Shown: positions 16,887 through 27,136, counted from the stretch's first letter. The stretch is DNA of 39,851 nt from Verrucomicrobiota bacterium (GCA_947464705.1 CANHYD010000001.1:1-39851); one strand, 5' to 3'. The notes: a model not told the origin generated them from the sequence alone. Program-made: numbers and translations.

Positions 16887-17270
16887 ATGACCGAAGCGCT
16901 GTTTGGCAGCGTCAACTACATGGCGGAGAAACGAAGCCTGGATGCGTGCGTCGAACGGCAGCGCGCCCTGGCGTCGAACATCGCCAACCTGGAGACGCCC
17001 GGTTTTCGGCGGATGGACGTCCCGGCGCAGTTCCGGAGCCAACTCTCCGAGGCGGTCCGCCGCCAGGATGTGTCGACCATGAATACGCTGCGGCCCAGTG
17101 CCTCGGTGGACTATTCGGCCCCGGCGAGGACCCCGGATGGGAATTCGGTCAACCTGACTGACGAGTTGATTGCCATGCAGGACAACGGATTGGAGCACAG
17201 CCTTCATGTTCAAATGATTTCCGGTCGTATGTCGCGGCTCCGGGCCGCCATCAGCGGGAGGATGTCGTGA
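16887..17270 (+). CDS. flgB: Flagellar basal-body rod protein FlgB
   Basis: SNIANLETPGFRRMDV is the rod-family N-terminal motif. An in-frame alternative start exists at ATG 16920. The longer ORF from 16542 overlaps the divergent gene and was rejected. Confidence 0.85.
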   Translation: MTEALFGSVNYMAEKRSLDACVERQRALASNIANLETPGFRRMDVPAQFRSQLSEAVRRQDVSTMNTLRPSASVDYSAPARTPDGNSVNLTDELIAMQDNGLEHSLHVQMISGRMSRLRAAISGRMS

Positions 17271-17692
17271 ACCTTATCCCAGGAGCCAATAGCGCCTCGC
17301 AGGGGCTGCGCGCCGAGCAAGTTCGACTGGAGATCATCAGTCAGAACATTGCCAACGCACGCACGACCAAGACCGCCGATGGCGGGCCTTATCAGCGTCA
17401 GTCCGTCCGATTCAAGGCGGCTCTTGGTGATGCCATGGCGGCGCAATCGTCGTCGTCGGCCAAGAATGAACCCACTTTGGAGATCGTCCGGGATCCCCGC
17501 CCCGCCGTCCGAGTCTACCAGCCCGGTCATCCGGATTCCGACAAGGAGGGATTTGTCGCCTATCCCGCCATCAATGTGCACGAGGAGATGGCCGACCTGA
17601 TTTCAGCCAACCGTTCGTATGAGGCGAACATCGCCGTGATGCGCAACGGACGGGCATTGGCGCAACAGGCCCTCTCCATTGGGAAGCGTTGA
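17267..17692 (+). CDS. flgC: Flagellar basal-body rod protein FlgC
   Basis: GTG start overlaps the flgB stop. Motifs: QNIANARTTKTADGGPYQRQ, the C-terminal VNVHEEMADLISANRSYEAN and MRNGRALAQQALSIG. Confidence 0.9.
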   Translation: MNLIPGANSASQGLRAEQVRLEIISQNIANARTTKTADGGPYQRQSVRFKAALGDAMAAQSSSSAKNEPTLEIVRDPRPAVRVYQPGHPDSDKEGFVAYPAINVHEEMADLISANRSYEANIAVMRNGRALAQQALSIGKR

Positions 17693-17718
17693 GCACTGAC
17701 TAACCACTGCCCGACACC

Positions 17719-18060
17719 ATGACTCCCATCACCAATAGCTTCTCCAGCAACCTCGCCGCAGCGTGGGCACGGCCCGCGATGGCCAAGACGGCGGGCACGG
17801 CGTCCAGTGTCTCCGGCGAGTCTTCCGTAGCAGCACCCGGTTCCCGATTCGGGGATCTGCTCTCGGAAATGGTCCAAAAGACCGATGCCGGCCAGAAAAC
17901 TTCTGCCGCGACCACCGGTGCCCTGCTCTCCGGTCAAAACGTACCGCTTCACCAGGTGATGATCGCCTCAGAGGAGGCCAGTGTTTCGTTCCAACTGATG
18001 TTGGAGGTCCGCAACAAGCTGCTCGATGGCTACCAGGAACTCATGCGCATGCAGGTCTGA
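17719..18060 (+). CDS. fliE: Flagellar hook-basal body protein FliE
   Basis: The C-terminal LHQVMIASEEASVSFQLMLEVRNKLLDGYQELMRMQV is the conserved FliE block. Confidence 0.85.
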   Translation: MTPITNSFSSNLAAAWARPAMAKTAGTASSVSGESSVAAPGSRFGDLLSEMVQKTDAGQKTSAATTGALLSGQNVPLHQVMIASEEASVSFQLMLEVRNKLLDGYQELMRMQV

Positions 18061-18093
18061 GACCACCCCTGAGTCCACGTTCAGAAGCCCCGT

Positions 18094-19845
18094 TTGATTT
18101 CATCCATGGAAGTTGTTCAAAACCTGACCAAACAGTTGCGAGAGATCCTCGCCAAACTGAGCGTCACCCAGCAGGTGCTGTTTGGTTTGGCCGGTCTCGG
18201 CATCGTGATCGCCGGCGTCGCGGTCGCCCTGCTGGGCGGCAGGACCGACTGGCGCCTGTTGTACGGTCGATTGGATGCCGCCGAGGTGGGACGGATCGTG
18301 GGTGTCCTGGAAGCCCAGAAGATTCCCCATCGCATCGTCTCAGGTGGATCGGCGATCCAAGTCTCCGCCGAACAAGTGCATTCCGTGCGGGCTCAGCTCG
18401 CGGCCAAGGGCATGCCCAAGGCAGATGGCACGGGATTCGAGATTTTTGACCGCCCTGCCTTTGGCATGTCGGACTTCGTGCAAAAGGCCAACTACGTCCG
18501 AGCCCTTCAAGGCGAGCTAGCCCGCACCCTGCAGCAAATCGACGGTGTCGAGAGCGCACGGGTGATGATCGTGCTCCCGGAAAATCGGCTGGTGATCGAC
18601 GCACAGCGCAAAGCCACAGCTTCGATCTTCCTGAATGTCCGCATGGCAGGTTTGCTGACGCAGGAAGCAGTCAGCGCCATCCGGTTCTTGGTGTCCAACT
18701 CCGTTGAAGGCTTGCAAGCGCGAGATGTGACTGTGGTGGACAACTACGGTGCGGTCTTGTCGGAGCCATCCGATGAGAACGGAGGGGCCTCAGCCGTGGG
18801 TGGTCAACTCCAGCAACGCAAGAACATCGAACGTTACCTCACTGAGAAGCTGCGTTCGATGTTCGAGACCATACTGGGTCCTGGACAGGCTGTGGTGCGT
18901 GTCTCTGCAGAAATCTCCTTCGACGCAGTGACCCGCAGTTCGGAATACTATGACCCGGCCGGATCAGTTCCGAAGAACCAAAAACGCACCCAGGAAATCA
19001 CCGATTCGGTGAATCCGATCGCTGGCGGCGTGGCCGGGGTGGCTCCGAACACCGGCACCAACCTGAATGCTGCTGGTTCCCAGGGGTCCCGCCTCCAGAA
19101 GATTGATCAGACCGACGACTTCTACGTGAGTCGAAGCCAGACCAATGTGGTGGGGGGTATTGGCGGTCTCCGCAAGGTCAGCGCAGCGATTTTCGTCAAT
19201 CAGCGCTACGAGGGCAAAGGGGCAGATCGCAAGGCGACCCCTCGCACCCAGGCTGACATCGACAAACTCAAGCGGGCCGCTGAACGCGCTCTGGGCCTGA
19301 CCAAGGGTGACGAAGCATTGGGGGAGGTAGCCGTCGAAGAACTCCCCTTCAACGAGGAACCCAAGATCGAGGAAACAGCGCGATTGGATCGTGAAGCGCT
19401 TTGGTTCAAGGGCGTCGAGGCGGCCCGCGTGGGCGGCATGTTGTTGGGTAGCCTTCTGATCTTGTTCCTGCTCTGGCGAATGCTGCGGCGCGGCTCGGAG
19501 GAGATGATTGCTGCCGGAGTTCCCGTCGGCCAGCTGATGGCGGGCCAGCAGATGATCCTAGCCAACGGCTTGGTCGTGGGTGGAGGGGCACCGGGAGCCG
19601 CCGGGACCGCTGCCGCCGCAGCCGGCGCACCCAAGGGCGAGGGAGACGCCAGTGGCGAGGAGGAGGACAACGAGGCTGCTCAAGAGCAGAAGAAGAAAAT
19701 GAAGATGGATTTCGGCCTGAGCAAACAGCGTCCGGAGCGTGTGACCCTAGAAGTTCTCAAAGACCTCATCCGGGACAACCCGCAAAAGATGACCCAGGCC
19801 GCACGTGCCTGGCTCACCGCGAAGCCTGAGGAGGGCGGCGAATGA
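18094..19845 (+). CDS. fliF: Flagellar MS-ring protein FliF
   Basis: An N-terminal TM helix, then YGRLDAAEVGRIVGVLEAQKIPHRI, YVRALQGELARTLQQIDGVESARVMIVLPE and a second TM helix near the C-terminus. TTG 18094 or ATG 18106 may be the start. Confidence 0.9.
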   Translation: MISSMEVVQNLTKQLREILAKLSVTQQVLFGLAGLGIVIAGVAVALLGGRTDWRLLYGRLDAAEVGRIVGVLEAQKIPHRIVSGGSAIQVSAEQVHSVRAQLAAKGMPKADGTGFEIFDRPAFGMSDFVQKANYVRALQGELARTLQQIDGVESARVMIVLPENRLVIDAQRKATASIFLNVRMAGLLTQEAVSAIRFLVSNSVEGLQARDVTVVDNYGAVLSEPSDENGGASAVGGQLQQRKNIERYLTEKLRSMFETILGPGQAVVRVSAEISFDAVTRSSEYYDPAGSVPKNQKRTQEITDSVNPIAGGVAGVAPNTGTNLNAAGSQGSRLQKIDQTDDFYVSRSQTNVVGGIGGLRKVSAAIFVNQRYEGKGADRKATPRTQADIDKLKRAAERALGLTKGDEALGEVAVEELPFNEEPKIEETARLDREALWFKGVEAARVGGMLLGSLLILFLLWRMLRRGSEEMIAAGVPVGQLMAGQQMILANGLVVGGGAPGAAGTAAAAAGAPKGEGDASGEEEDNEAAQEQKKKMKMDFGLSKQRPERVTLEVLKDLIRDNPQKMTQAARAWLTAKPEEGGE

Positions 19846-20885
19846 GCGGTATGGAAAGCGCAGCCCGGGACATGCTGCGCGGGAAAACCGTCCCAACCGG
19901 TCCGGTTCGACTCACTCCTTCGCAAAAGATGGCGGCCCTTCTGGTGCTGCTCGGCGAGGAAAGCGCCAGCATCTTGCTCAAGAGTCTCGATGACAACGAG
20001 CGCGAGTTGGTGTCGTCAGAAATGGTCAATTTGCCGCTGATGACCGTCGAGCAGCAGACCTCTGTGCTCAAAGAATTTACGGAAATGGCCATTCAAGCCA
20101 ATTCCGGGGTGAGTGGATCCGTCGAATACACGCGGATGGTGCTCGAAAAGTCGGTGGGTCTGTTCAAGGCGGCCGAGGTCATCGGGCGCGTGGGCACTCG
20201 GCGCACCTCGGTGGCCGCGATGCAACAAATCATCGATCTTGATGCCACCTCGATTTGCAACCTCCTCAAGGAAGAGCAACCCCAAACCGTCGCTCTGGTG
20301 GTCAGCTATCTGACGGCCCAGAAGGGATCAGAAGTGCTCAAGAGCCTTCCTGAGAGCCTTCAGGAACAGGTCATCGAGCGCTTGGCGACACTGGCTTCCA
20401 CCCCAATCGAGGTGGTGGAAACGGTGGGAGAAGTGCTGTCCAAGAAGATCGGTCGAAAGGTGACCAAAGCACTCAACCAGACCGGAGGTATCAAGGCGGC
20501 CGCGGCCACCCTCAACGCGATGGATAAGACCATCCGCTTGGGCATCCTCAACAAACTCGATGAGCGGGTGCCGGATCTGGTGCGGTCCATCCGCATGAAG
20601 ATGTTCACCTTCGACGATCTGGCCACGCTGGACGTCAAGTCCCTGCAAAAGATTCTTCGCGAGGTCGAGGCCGCCCGTCTGGCCATCGCACTGAGCGCGG
20701 CCAACGAGAATTTGAGACAGACCCTTCTGGGGGCGTTGTCGAAGCGTGCGGCCGAAACGGTCAACGACGAAATTTCCAACCTCGGGAAGACCAGTCTCCG
20801 CGAGATCGAGCAGGCTCAGGAAGGCATCGTGGATGTCGTCCGCAAGCTCGAGACCGATGGTGAGATCTCCCTCGACTCCGCCTGA
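19842..20885 (+). CDS. fliG: Flagellar motor switch protein FliG
   Basis: ATGA overlap with fliF. Motifs: KMAALLVLLGEESASILLKSL, EEQPQTVALVVSYL and the C-terminal torque-helix region MFTFDDLATLD...LREIEQAQEGIV. Confidence 0.9.
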   Translation: MSGMESAARDMLRGKTVPTGPVRLTPSQKMAALLVLLGEESASILLKSLDDNERELVSSEMVNLPLMTVEQQTSVLKEFTEMAIQANSGVSGSVEYTRMVLEKSVGLFKAAEVIGRVGTRRTSVAAMQQIIDLDATSICNLLKEEQPQTVALVVSYLTAQKGSEVLKSLPESLQEQVIERLATLASTPIEVVETVGEVLSKKIGRKVTKALNQTGGIKAAAATLNAMDKTIRLGILNKLDERVPDLVRSIRMKMFTFDDLATLDVKSLQKILREVEAARLAIALSAANENLRQTLLGALSKRAAETVNDEISNLGKTSLREIEQAQEGIVDVVRKLETDGEISLDSA

Positions 20886-20893
20886 TTCATCCC

Positions 20894-21526
20894 ATGACTC
20901 AAACACTGTTACAACATTCCTCAGCGCTTCGGGACATCCGTCTTTCGGTGCTGGGTTTCCACCGCGAAGAGCGACTGACTCCACCGGTGGATCTCGAAGC
21001 CCAACGTCGGAAGATCGAGCACGAAGCCTATCGCCGAGGCGTGGCCACGGCCACTGAAGCCTGCGAAGAGCGGGTCCGGGTCTTGCGCGAAGAACTCGAG
21101 CAGAGGCACCGTGAAGAAGTTGGAGTTTTCCTGGAACAGTTGTCCCAGAAGATGTCCACGCAGTTGGCCGAGCGGATGGAAATCCTGGAGAAGGCGTTGC
21201 TGCAACTGACGGTTGAGGCGGTGGCCAAGATCGTCGGCAGTCTGCCCATCACCGTAGACGTCATCGAAGCCAGTCTTCGAGAAACTTTGGGTGCCGCTCT
21301 CGGCACTCCGGTGGTGCGGGTGTTGCTCCATCCCGAGGATATGAAAATGCTCGAGAACGCCTCCTACAGCGAAATTCGCTCACAATGCGCGGCCCGTGGG
21401 ATTCAGCTGGCGCCTGATTCTGCCGTCGATCGTGGCGGATGCCTCGTGGAGACCCAGTCGGGTTTCGTCGACGGCCTCCGGTCCTCGCGCATCGCCAGCT
21501 TCAGCAGCGCCCTTGAAGGGGCTTGA
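20894..21526 (+). CDS. fliH: Flagellar export protein FliH
   Basis: It sits between fliG and fliI. A helical, charged N-terminal half is followed by the C-terminal GGCLVETQSGFVDGLRSSRIASF block. Confidence 0.7.
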   Translation: MTQTLLQHSSALRDIRLSVLGFHREERLTPPVDLEAQRRKIEHEAYRRGVATATEACEERVRVLREELEQRHREEVGVFLEQLSQKMSTQLAERMEILEKALLQLTVEAVAKIVGSLPITVDVIEASLRETLGAALGTPVVRVLLHPEDMKMLENASYSEIRSQCAARGIQLAPDSAVDRGGCLVETQSGFVDGLRSSRIASFSSALEGA

Positions 21527-22938
21527 TGTTTCAACTGGTTCCAGACAGCCCGACCGGTCTCAAGTTTGTCCAGCAGGCGCAGCAGCGCCTGCGAGAGGCC
21601 CGCTTGACCACCCCGGTGGGATCGGTGGTGCGGGTCGCGGGCCTGACGGTCGAATCCCTGGGCCCCAAAGCGGCGCTTGGGGACGTGTGCCAAATCCGCT
21701 GCTCAAACGGTCGGGAGATCAGCGTCGAGGTCGTGGGCTTCCACAATCAGAACCTGATTCTAATGCCCTTAGATACGATCGACGGATTGTGTCCTGGGGA
21801 CGAGGTCCGTGCCAGTCCACAGCGGCGACGTGTGCCCTTGGCCTCAGGTCTCTCCGGGAGAGTCATCGATGCGTTGGGAAAGCCCATGGACACTGGACCT
21901 GCCCTCCAATGGGTCACTCCCACGGGGGATGGAATGGTCCCCAATCCGTTGACTCGTGCCCGAATCCAACATCCGCTCATCACCGGAATTCGGGCCATCG
22001 ATAGTTTCACGCCACTGGGCCGTGGCCAACGGGTAGGAATCTTCGCTGGCAGCGGTGTGGGCAAATCCACGTTGCTGGGAATGATCGCCGGCCGCTCCGA
22101 TGCGGACATTAACGTGGTCGCTCTGATCGGTGAGCGTGGACGCGAGGTCCGTGAGTTCATCGAGAATGATCTCAGCGAAGAGGGGCGGGCCCGCTCCATT
22201 GTGATCGTGGCCACCGCCGACCAACCGGCATTGCTCCGGGTCAAGGCGGCCTCACTGGCACTACAAATCTCAGAGCAACTCCGTGATGAGGGTCGCAAGG
22301 TGTTGCTCATGATGGATTCGGTCACCCGATTTGCCATGGCCCAGCGCGAAATCGGTTTGGCCGTCGGAGAACCGCCCACTGCACGCGGATACACGCCGTC
22401 GGTCTTCGCCGCACTACCTCGGCTCTTGGAGCGCGCTGGAAACTCGGATCGCGGGTCGATCACCGGCATTTTCACAGTTCTGGTGGAGGGTGACGATCTT
22501 ACCGAACCGATTGCCGACGCCACTCGTTCCATTCTCGACGGCCACATCGTTCTGACTCGCGAACTGGCCGACCGCAACCACTGGCCAGCCATCGAGGTGC
22601 TGGGCAGCATCAGTCGCTTGAATCGAGATCTGCTGGGGTCCGATCAAATCACTCTCCAAGGAGAAGCCCGCGAATTGTTGGCGTTGTACCGCCAAAACCG
22701 GGATCTGATCGGAGTGGGCGCCTATGTGGCCGGATCGAATCCCAAACTCGATCGAGCCATTGCGACGCTGCCCCACCTTGAGGGATTCCTGCGTCAGGGG
22801 CAGACCGAGACACCGTCTCCGACCCCATTGTGGGAGTTGCTGGCGCTGGCCTTGCGTCAGGGAATGACATCGACCGGCAACGCCGTGGGAGACCGCTCGA
22901 AACAGGCTGGCTCGTTTCGTGCTGCGTCGGCTCGATAA
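21523..22938 (+). CDS. fliI: Flagellum-specific ATPase FliI
   Basis: Walker A is GSGVGKSTLLGMI and Walker B is VLLMMDSVTRFAMAQREI. An F1-beta-like fold pattern is present. ATGA overlap with fliH. Confidence 0.95.
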   Translation: MMFQLVPDSPTGLKFVQQAQQRLREARLTTPVGSVVRVAGLTVESLGPKAALGDVCQIRCSNGREISVEVVGFHNQNLILMPLDTIDGLCPGDEVRASPQRRRVPLASGLSGRVIDALGKPMDTGPALQWVTPTGDGMVPNPLTRARIQHPLITGIRAIDSFTPLGRGQRVGIFAGSGVGKSTLLGMIAGRSDADINVVALIGERGREVREFIENDLSEEGRARSIVIVATADQPALLRVKAASLALQISEQLRDEGRKVLLMMDSVTRFAMAQREIGLAVGEPPTARGYTPSVFAALPRLLERAGNSDRGSITGIFTVLVEGDDLTEPIADATRSILDGHIVLTRELADRNHWPAIEVLGSISRLNRDLLGSDQITLQGEARELLALYRQNRDLIGVGAYVAGSNPKLDRAIATLPHLEGFLRQGQTETPSPTPLWELLALALRQGMTSTGNAVGDRSKQAGSFRAASAR

Positions 22939-22941
22939 GGT

Positions 22942-23355
22942 ATGGGTCGATTCCGTTTCAGCCTGGAAACATTGCTTAAGATACGCGCCTCTCAGGAGAG
23001 TTCCGCGGCTCAAGCTTTGGCTCAGGCCAATCAGGAACAGTCCCGTTGCCAAACCGATCTGGACCAGGTGATGTTCGACAGTCGATCACTGAACGACTCC
23101 CTCTCCGAGGGCGGAGTCGCCGCATCCATCTCCATTGCGTTACGGCCTGGTCTGCGACTCAACGCCGAGCGCGCCCGAGTCGCTTTGGCGGCCAAACAAG
23201 TGGTTGTTAGCCAATGCTTGGCGGAGTGGCAGCAGGCCAAGCTCCGGTTGAGCCTCCTCGAAAAACTTCGCGAAGCCCGCCTCAAGGAACACCAGCGATC
23301 GGAACGGTTGGCCGAAGAGCGCTGGCTCGACGAGCGCGTCATCCAAAGCCTCTGA
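22942..23355 (+). CDS. fliJ: Flagellar export protein FliJ
   Basis: 137-aa coiled-coil protein with N-terminus FRFSLETLLKIRASQE. It lies directly after fliI. Confidence 0.65.
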   Translation: MGRFRFSLETLLKIRASQESSAAQALAQANQEQSRCQTDLDQVMFDSRSLNDSLSEGGVAASISIALRPGLRLNAERARVALAAKQVVVSQCLAEWQQAKLRLSLLEKLREARLKEHQRSERLAEERWLDERVIQSL

Positions 23356-23360
23356 CTCCC

Positions 23361-24116
23361 ATGCGCACCCTCCTCCTGGCCTTTTTGATCGTTCTGCTCG
23401 GTATTGGAACTTCGGTCGCCACTTTCCTCTGGGGAGGCAAGATGGCACGGGCCCGCATTCAGGCGGCCCTTTCCCAGATCATCGAAGCGTCTCAGGCATC
23501 GGCGGCGATCAAGGCTCCGGAACAAGACATTCTCCAAGATCCGCCCGATGTCCAACCGGCTGGCAACGAGCGTCAGACCGAGCTGAGTTTGGCCGCTTTG
23601 GAGGCCATGCGGGAAACTTCCGAGCCGGGATCGCTGCGATTCGACAATCCGGATGTGGTCAATTTGCTCAACCAATTGCGCAGTCGCCAGGAGTATCAAG
23701 ACAGTCGCGAAAAGCGTCTGAAGGAACTTGAAGAGCGGATCCGCATGGAAATGCAGAACCTGAATTTGGCCACCCAGTGGATTGCTCAGGCACGAGTCGC
23801 CCAAGACAACCTGTTGACCAATCGGATCACCTACCTGCGAGTGGAAGAGCAGAGAAGTCTCTTGGAGCACGGTCGCCGACTCTCGGCTCTGCCGCCGGTC
23901 CAGGCGGTGGCCATCCTGACCAACTACACTCCCGATGAGATCGCCCGGACCCTGACCGTAATCAACTCGACCAATGCGTCGTCTCTGTTAGGAGCCTTGG
24001 TCGGCACGGGCGATTCGGGGGTCCGACTGGCTGCCGATATCTCCCGCCGGATGATGCACATTTCGCTGCGGTCGCCCGACGGGACCAATTCCAGCGCAGC
24101 GGCACCCACACCATGA
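23361..24116 (+). CDS. MotE/FlbB/YlxF-like flagellar protein (MgtE-N-like domain)
   Basis: An N-terminal TM helix and a coiled coil. The C-terminal LSALPPVQAVAILTNYTPDEIARTLTVINSTNASSLLGAL resembles the MgtE-N/FlbB motif. Its position between fliJ and fliK matches B. subtilis ylxF. Confidence 0.5.
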   Translation: MRTLLLAFLIVLLGIGTSVATFLWGGKMARARIQAALSQIIEASQASAAIKAPEQDILQDPPDVQPAGNERQTELSLAALEAMRETSEPGSLRFDNPDVVNLLNQLRSRQEYQDSREKRLKELEERIRMEMQNLNLATQWIAQARVAQDNLLTNRITYLRVEEQRSLLEHGRRLSALPPVQAVAILTNYTPDEIARTLTVINSTNASSLLGALVGTGDSGVRLAADISRRMMHISLRSPDGTNSSAAAPTP

Positions 24117-26590
24117 TATCCGGCAATTTGAAGGCGCAGGATTCAATCCCGCGTGCCTCCCTGCCCTTTTCGTGGAATGCCGATGGAGATTCGGGATCGC
24201 AGTCCGCCGGGCCAACTGGAGGGGCAGCCTTCTTGCAGCATCTCGATACTGCCCAGTCTGTCCATTCTCAGGCGACCGGGGGTGCTCCTAAATCTAAGGA
24301 CCCAACGTCTCACGACAGAGAGTTGCCGTCCGATGCACCCTCCAATGAGATCTCCCTGCCGCCCTCGGTTCAGCAGTCGGCTAGGCCTTTGGTCAAGCCG
24401 AGCCGGAAGGTAGCAGCCCCTCCCCGGGCAATGATCCATGCCAAGGCAAGATTTGTGGGTCCGAGCGCCGGTTCAGCCCCCGCGTCCCACGGGTTGGGCG
24501 TGACCCCGTCAGCGATTGCGGCCCGGCTTTCCTGTGACAATCCTCAGGCACACTCCCCCAGATTAAATGCGGAGTTGCCCAACCGGCCTCTCCCAACCTC
24601 AGCGGTTGATACCCGAACTGAGTGGCCACACGGATTTCCGCAACGTCCGCTCATGGATTCCCTGCGTTCGACGGAATCCAAGATTGTCTGGTCGCACGAA
24701 CAATCTTCGGATCATTACCCATCATCGGGTTCCCTGCGGCCTGCCAACGATACGTTGAATAGACCCTCGCCGGGTGTTGCGTCACCTGTGTTGAAAGAGT
24801 CCGGCTCCAGGCCAGCGTGGGCATCTCCATCGAATCCGCTCTCCGGGGGGCACCCCCCGGTTGCGTCGGTCCTCGACGAGGTGGCACCAAAGCTTTCGAT
24901 GGAAGCACACGGGGGGGCATCGGCTTCAGAAACCCTGGCGAATCCATCCATTGACGACACAACCGTCGTAGCGGCTTTGAATCGAGCCAATCGGGCTTCA
25001 CGGGTGGCCGGTGCGATGGAATCTCTCCAGTCGAACACCAGTTCCCGTTCGTCAATCAGCTTGGTCCCGTCGGATCTAAAGCAGCCGATTTCAAGCGAAG
25101 TCCGTGACGCTGCTCGTCGGGCCGTGGCGCAATCACAAATACTGGAGTTCCCGTCGATTTCCGAACCGCCTGTTCGTCATACCACCAATGATGCATTGCG
25201 CAGCCTTGTTCTAGATCTCAGCACCAGCGCTGGTTCCAATTCCATTTCGGAATTCGGTCCTGCCTTGGCTGAACGTTTGGGGAAAACTGACGGGAGGCCC
25301 TCTTCAGAACCACAAGTGGCCTTAGGGCAGGTTTCTGTGAGTCCAAGACCAGTGACCGCGTCGCTCACCTCGGAGATCGTTGTTCAGCCTGCCTCAGAGT
25401 TCAGCCGACGGGCTCACGTTCCCGGCGGAAACCCAGATCCGGGCTTGGATCCATTTCGTGGAAAAATCTCAACGACCCATCCAACGCCTCTCCACGCAAG
25501 TGAGTCACCTGCCACTTGGGTGAGTGATTTACCATCGGAGTTGGTGCCCTCAGACGTTCCCGAAGATTTCGCCGATTCAGGAAAATCATCAGTTTCAGTG
25601 GCGACTACCGAGTCGGGCTTTCAGTCGGTGAAGCACATCGAATCGCGCTTGCAAGACGGTGAGTTCATTCCGCGAGAAAAAAACTCGATACCTCCCGGTT
25701 CAGAGTCTTTGGCGAGCACATCGACGACGGACGACATCGAACTGAGTTCAACCATCGATTCCAGTCTCACCGTCGCGCAATCCCAGCCCCTGCCGTCGGG
25801 ACCCTCTTCACGGTCGGCGATGCGATCTCCTCTGGCACGAAATCCCAATGCTGGAGAATTCAATGACACAGCCGAGGTGTCCCTCGATTCTGAAAAGAGT
25901 TTTCCGACACTCTTAGACCTGAAGCAAGGCACCGAGGCTTCTAAGACCTCAGAGTCCCTTGCCCGAGACGGTGGTTCCGACTCCCCGTCACCTCGAGACC
26001 CAGACAGCTCACCAGGCGTTGTCGTTCCTACTGCCGCACCATTTCCAGGGGGCCCTCAGAGCGGACCTATCCAAGAACGTTTGGATGGCAGAATTGCCAA
26101 CCAATCCAAACCCGAAGAATCCAACCTATCGCCCTCAGTCCTTCAGGAAACCCAGAAACCGGGCGCTGTTCGGCTGGTTCAACTGGATTCGCCGGGATCA
26201 GGCAGTTTGGAGCTCCGCATTCAAGAGGTGGGTGAAAAGCTCATTATCCGGACACAAGATCTAGTGGGTTCCCTCGAAGGCCAAAGCGCCCAGTGGAAAG
26301 AGCTTCAGCAACGTCTCGAATCCAACGGCATTGTCCTCATGCCCATCGAGCATTCTATCAGTGGCATTGCTACGCCGATCGAATCTCAAAATGTCTCTAC
26401 CGATTCGCGGCACACAGTCTGCTACGACGGAGGCATGGGCTCCTCAGGTCGCGACGGTTCGGATCCTCGTTCGTCGAGTGGTCGAGCCCGCGCACTCCAC
26501 CAATCCGCTCACCCGGACTCTTCGGAGTCATCCGATGAGTCCATAAAATCTGGCGAAGCGGTGCCGGCTTCCCGGCAGTGGTGGGCCTGA
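24113..26590 (+). CDS. fliK: Flagellar hook-length control protein FliK (very long, Ser/Pro-rich)
   Basis: ATGA overlap with the upstream gene. The C-terminal block VRLVQLDSPGSGSLELRIQEVGEKLIIRTQDLVGSLEGQSAQWKELQQRLESNGIVL matches the FliK C-terminal (Flg_hook) domain. It lies before flgD. Confidence 0.7.
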   Translation: MISGNLKAQDSIPRASLPFSWNADGDSGSQSAGPTGGAAFLQHLDTAQSVHSQATGGAPKSKDPTSHDRELPSDAPSNEISLPPSVQQSARPLVKPSRKVAAPPRAMIHAKARFVGPSAGSAPASHGLGVTPSAIAARLSCDNPQAHSPRLNAELPNRPLPTSAVDTRTEWPHGFPQRPLMDSLRSTESKIVWSHEQSSDHYPSSGSLRPANDTLNRPSPGVASPVLKESGSRPAWASPSNPLSGGHPPVASVLDEVAPKLSMEAHGGASASETLANPSIDDTTVVAALNRANRASRVAGAMESLQSNTSSRSSISLVPSDLKQPISSEVRDAARRAVAQSQILEFPSISEPPVRHTTNDALRSLVLDLSTSAGSNSISEFGPALAERLGKTDGRPSSEPQVALGQVSVSPRPVTASLTSEIVVQPASEFSRRAHVPGGNPDPGLDPFRGKISTTHPTPLHASESPATWVSDLPSELVPSDVPEDFADSGKSSVSVATTESGFQSVKHIESRLQDGEFIPREKNSIPPGSESLASTSTTDDIELSSTIDSSLTVAQSQPLPSGPSSRSAMRSPLARNPNAGEFNDTAEVSLDSEKSFPTLLDLKQGTEASKTSESLARDGGSDSPSPRDPDSSPGVVVPTAAPFPGGPQSGPIQERLDGRIANQSKPEESNLSPSVLQETQKPGAVRLVQLDSPGSGSLELRIQEVGEKLIIRTQDLVGSLEGQSAQWKELQQRLESNGIVLMPIEHSISGIATPIESQNVSTDSRHTVCYDGGMGSSGRDGSDPRSSSGRARALHQSAHPDSSESSDESIKSGEAVPASRQWWA

Positions 26591-26634
26591 AGGCAAAGAC
26601 GAGAGCGACAGAGCGACCGAACGACGAAACCGAC

Positions 26635-27090
26635 ATGATCCCATCCTACATTACCCCCGCGACAACCACTCAGGCGACTCAAGCCAGCCCGGCTGCTCAA
26701 CGTCCTCTGACCAAGGTTCTGGGTCAGGATGACTTCCTGAAGCTGCTCACTATGCAGATGCAGAATCAGGATCCGATGAATCCTCAGACCAACACGGATT
26801 TCGTCGCTCAGATGGCTCAGTTCACCACGCTGGAACAGTCGCGCAGCATGACCAACAGCCTTCAAAACATCCAGGCCCGCCAAGATGTCCAGACGGCCGT
26901 CCAACTGTTGGGGAAACCGGTGCAACTGGCCGACGGTAGTATGGGGATGGTTGAGAAGGTCACCCTCGACAAGGCCGGAGCTCCAACCCTGCAAGTGGGA
27001 ACCAAGAATTACTCTCTGGCGCAGGTCGTGGCCTACGACCAACCCGCCAATCCGTTGGCCAATCCATCCCGGTCCCCGGTTGGTCCGTAA
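26635..27090 (+). CDS. flgD: Flagellar hook assembly/cap protein FlgD
   Basis: LGQDDFLKLLTMQMQNQDPMNPQTNTDFVAQMAQFTTLEQ is the canonical FlgD N-terminal motif. Confidence 0.85.
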   Translation: MIPSYITPATTTQATQASPAAQRPLTKVLGQDDFLKLLTMQMQNQDPMNPQTNTDFVAQMAQFTTLEQSRSMTNSLQNIQARQDVQTAVQLLGKPVQLADGSMGMVEKVTLDKAGAPTLQVGTKNYSLAQVVAYDQPANPLANPSRSPVGP

Positions 27091-27136
27091 GCGCCCCCTT
27101 TAATGCACTGAATCACAACCCGCCACCGATACACTC

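Noticed and set aside
21747-22610. 287-aa minus-strand ORF
   Set aside because: It is antisense to fliI, which carries Walker A and B motifs. The composition is Ser/Arg/Pro-rich and the ORF is a shadow.
27101-27132. ACCGATAC (sigma-28 -10-like) upstream of flgE
   Set aside because: There is no TAAA-like -35 at the correct spacing, and the element sits only 4 nt from the start codon.
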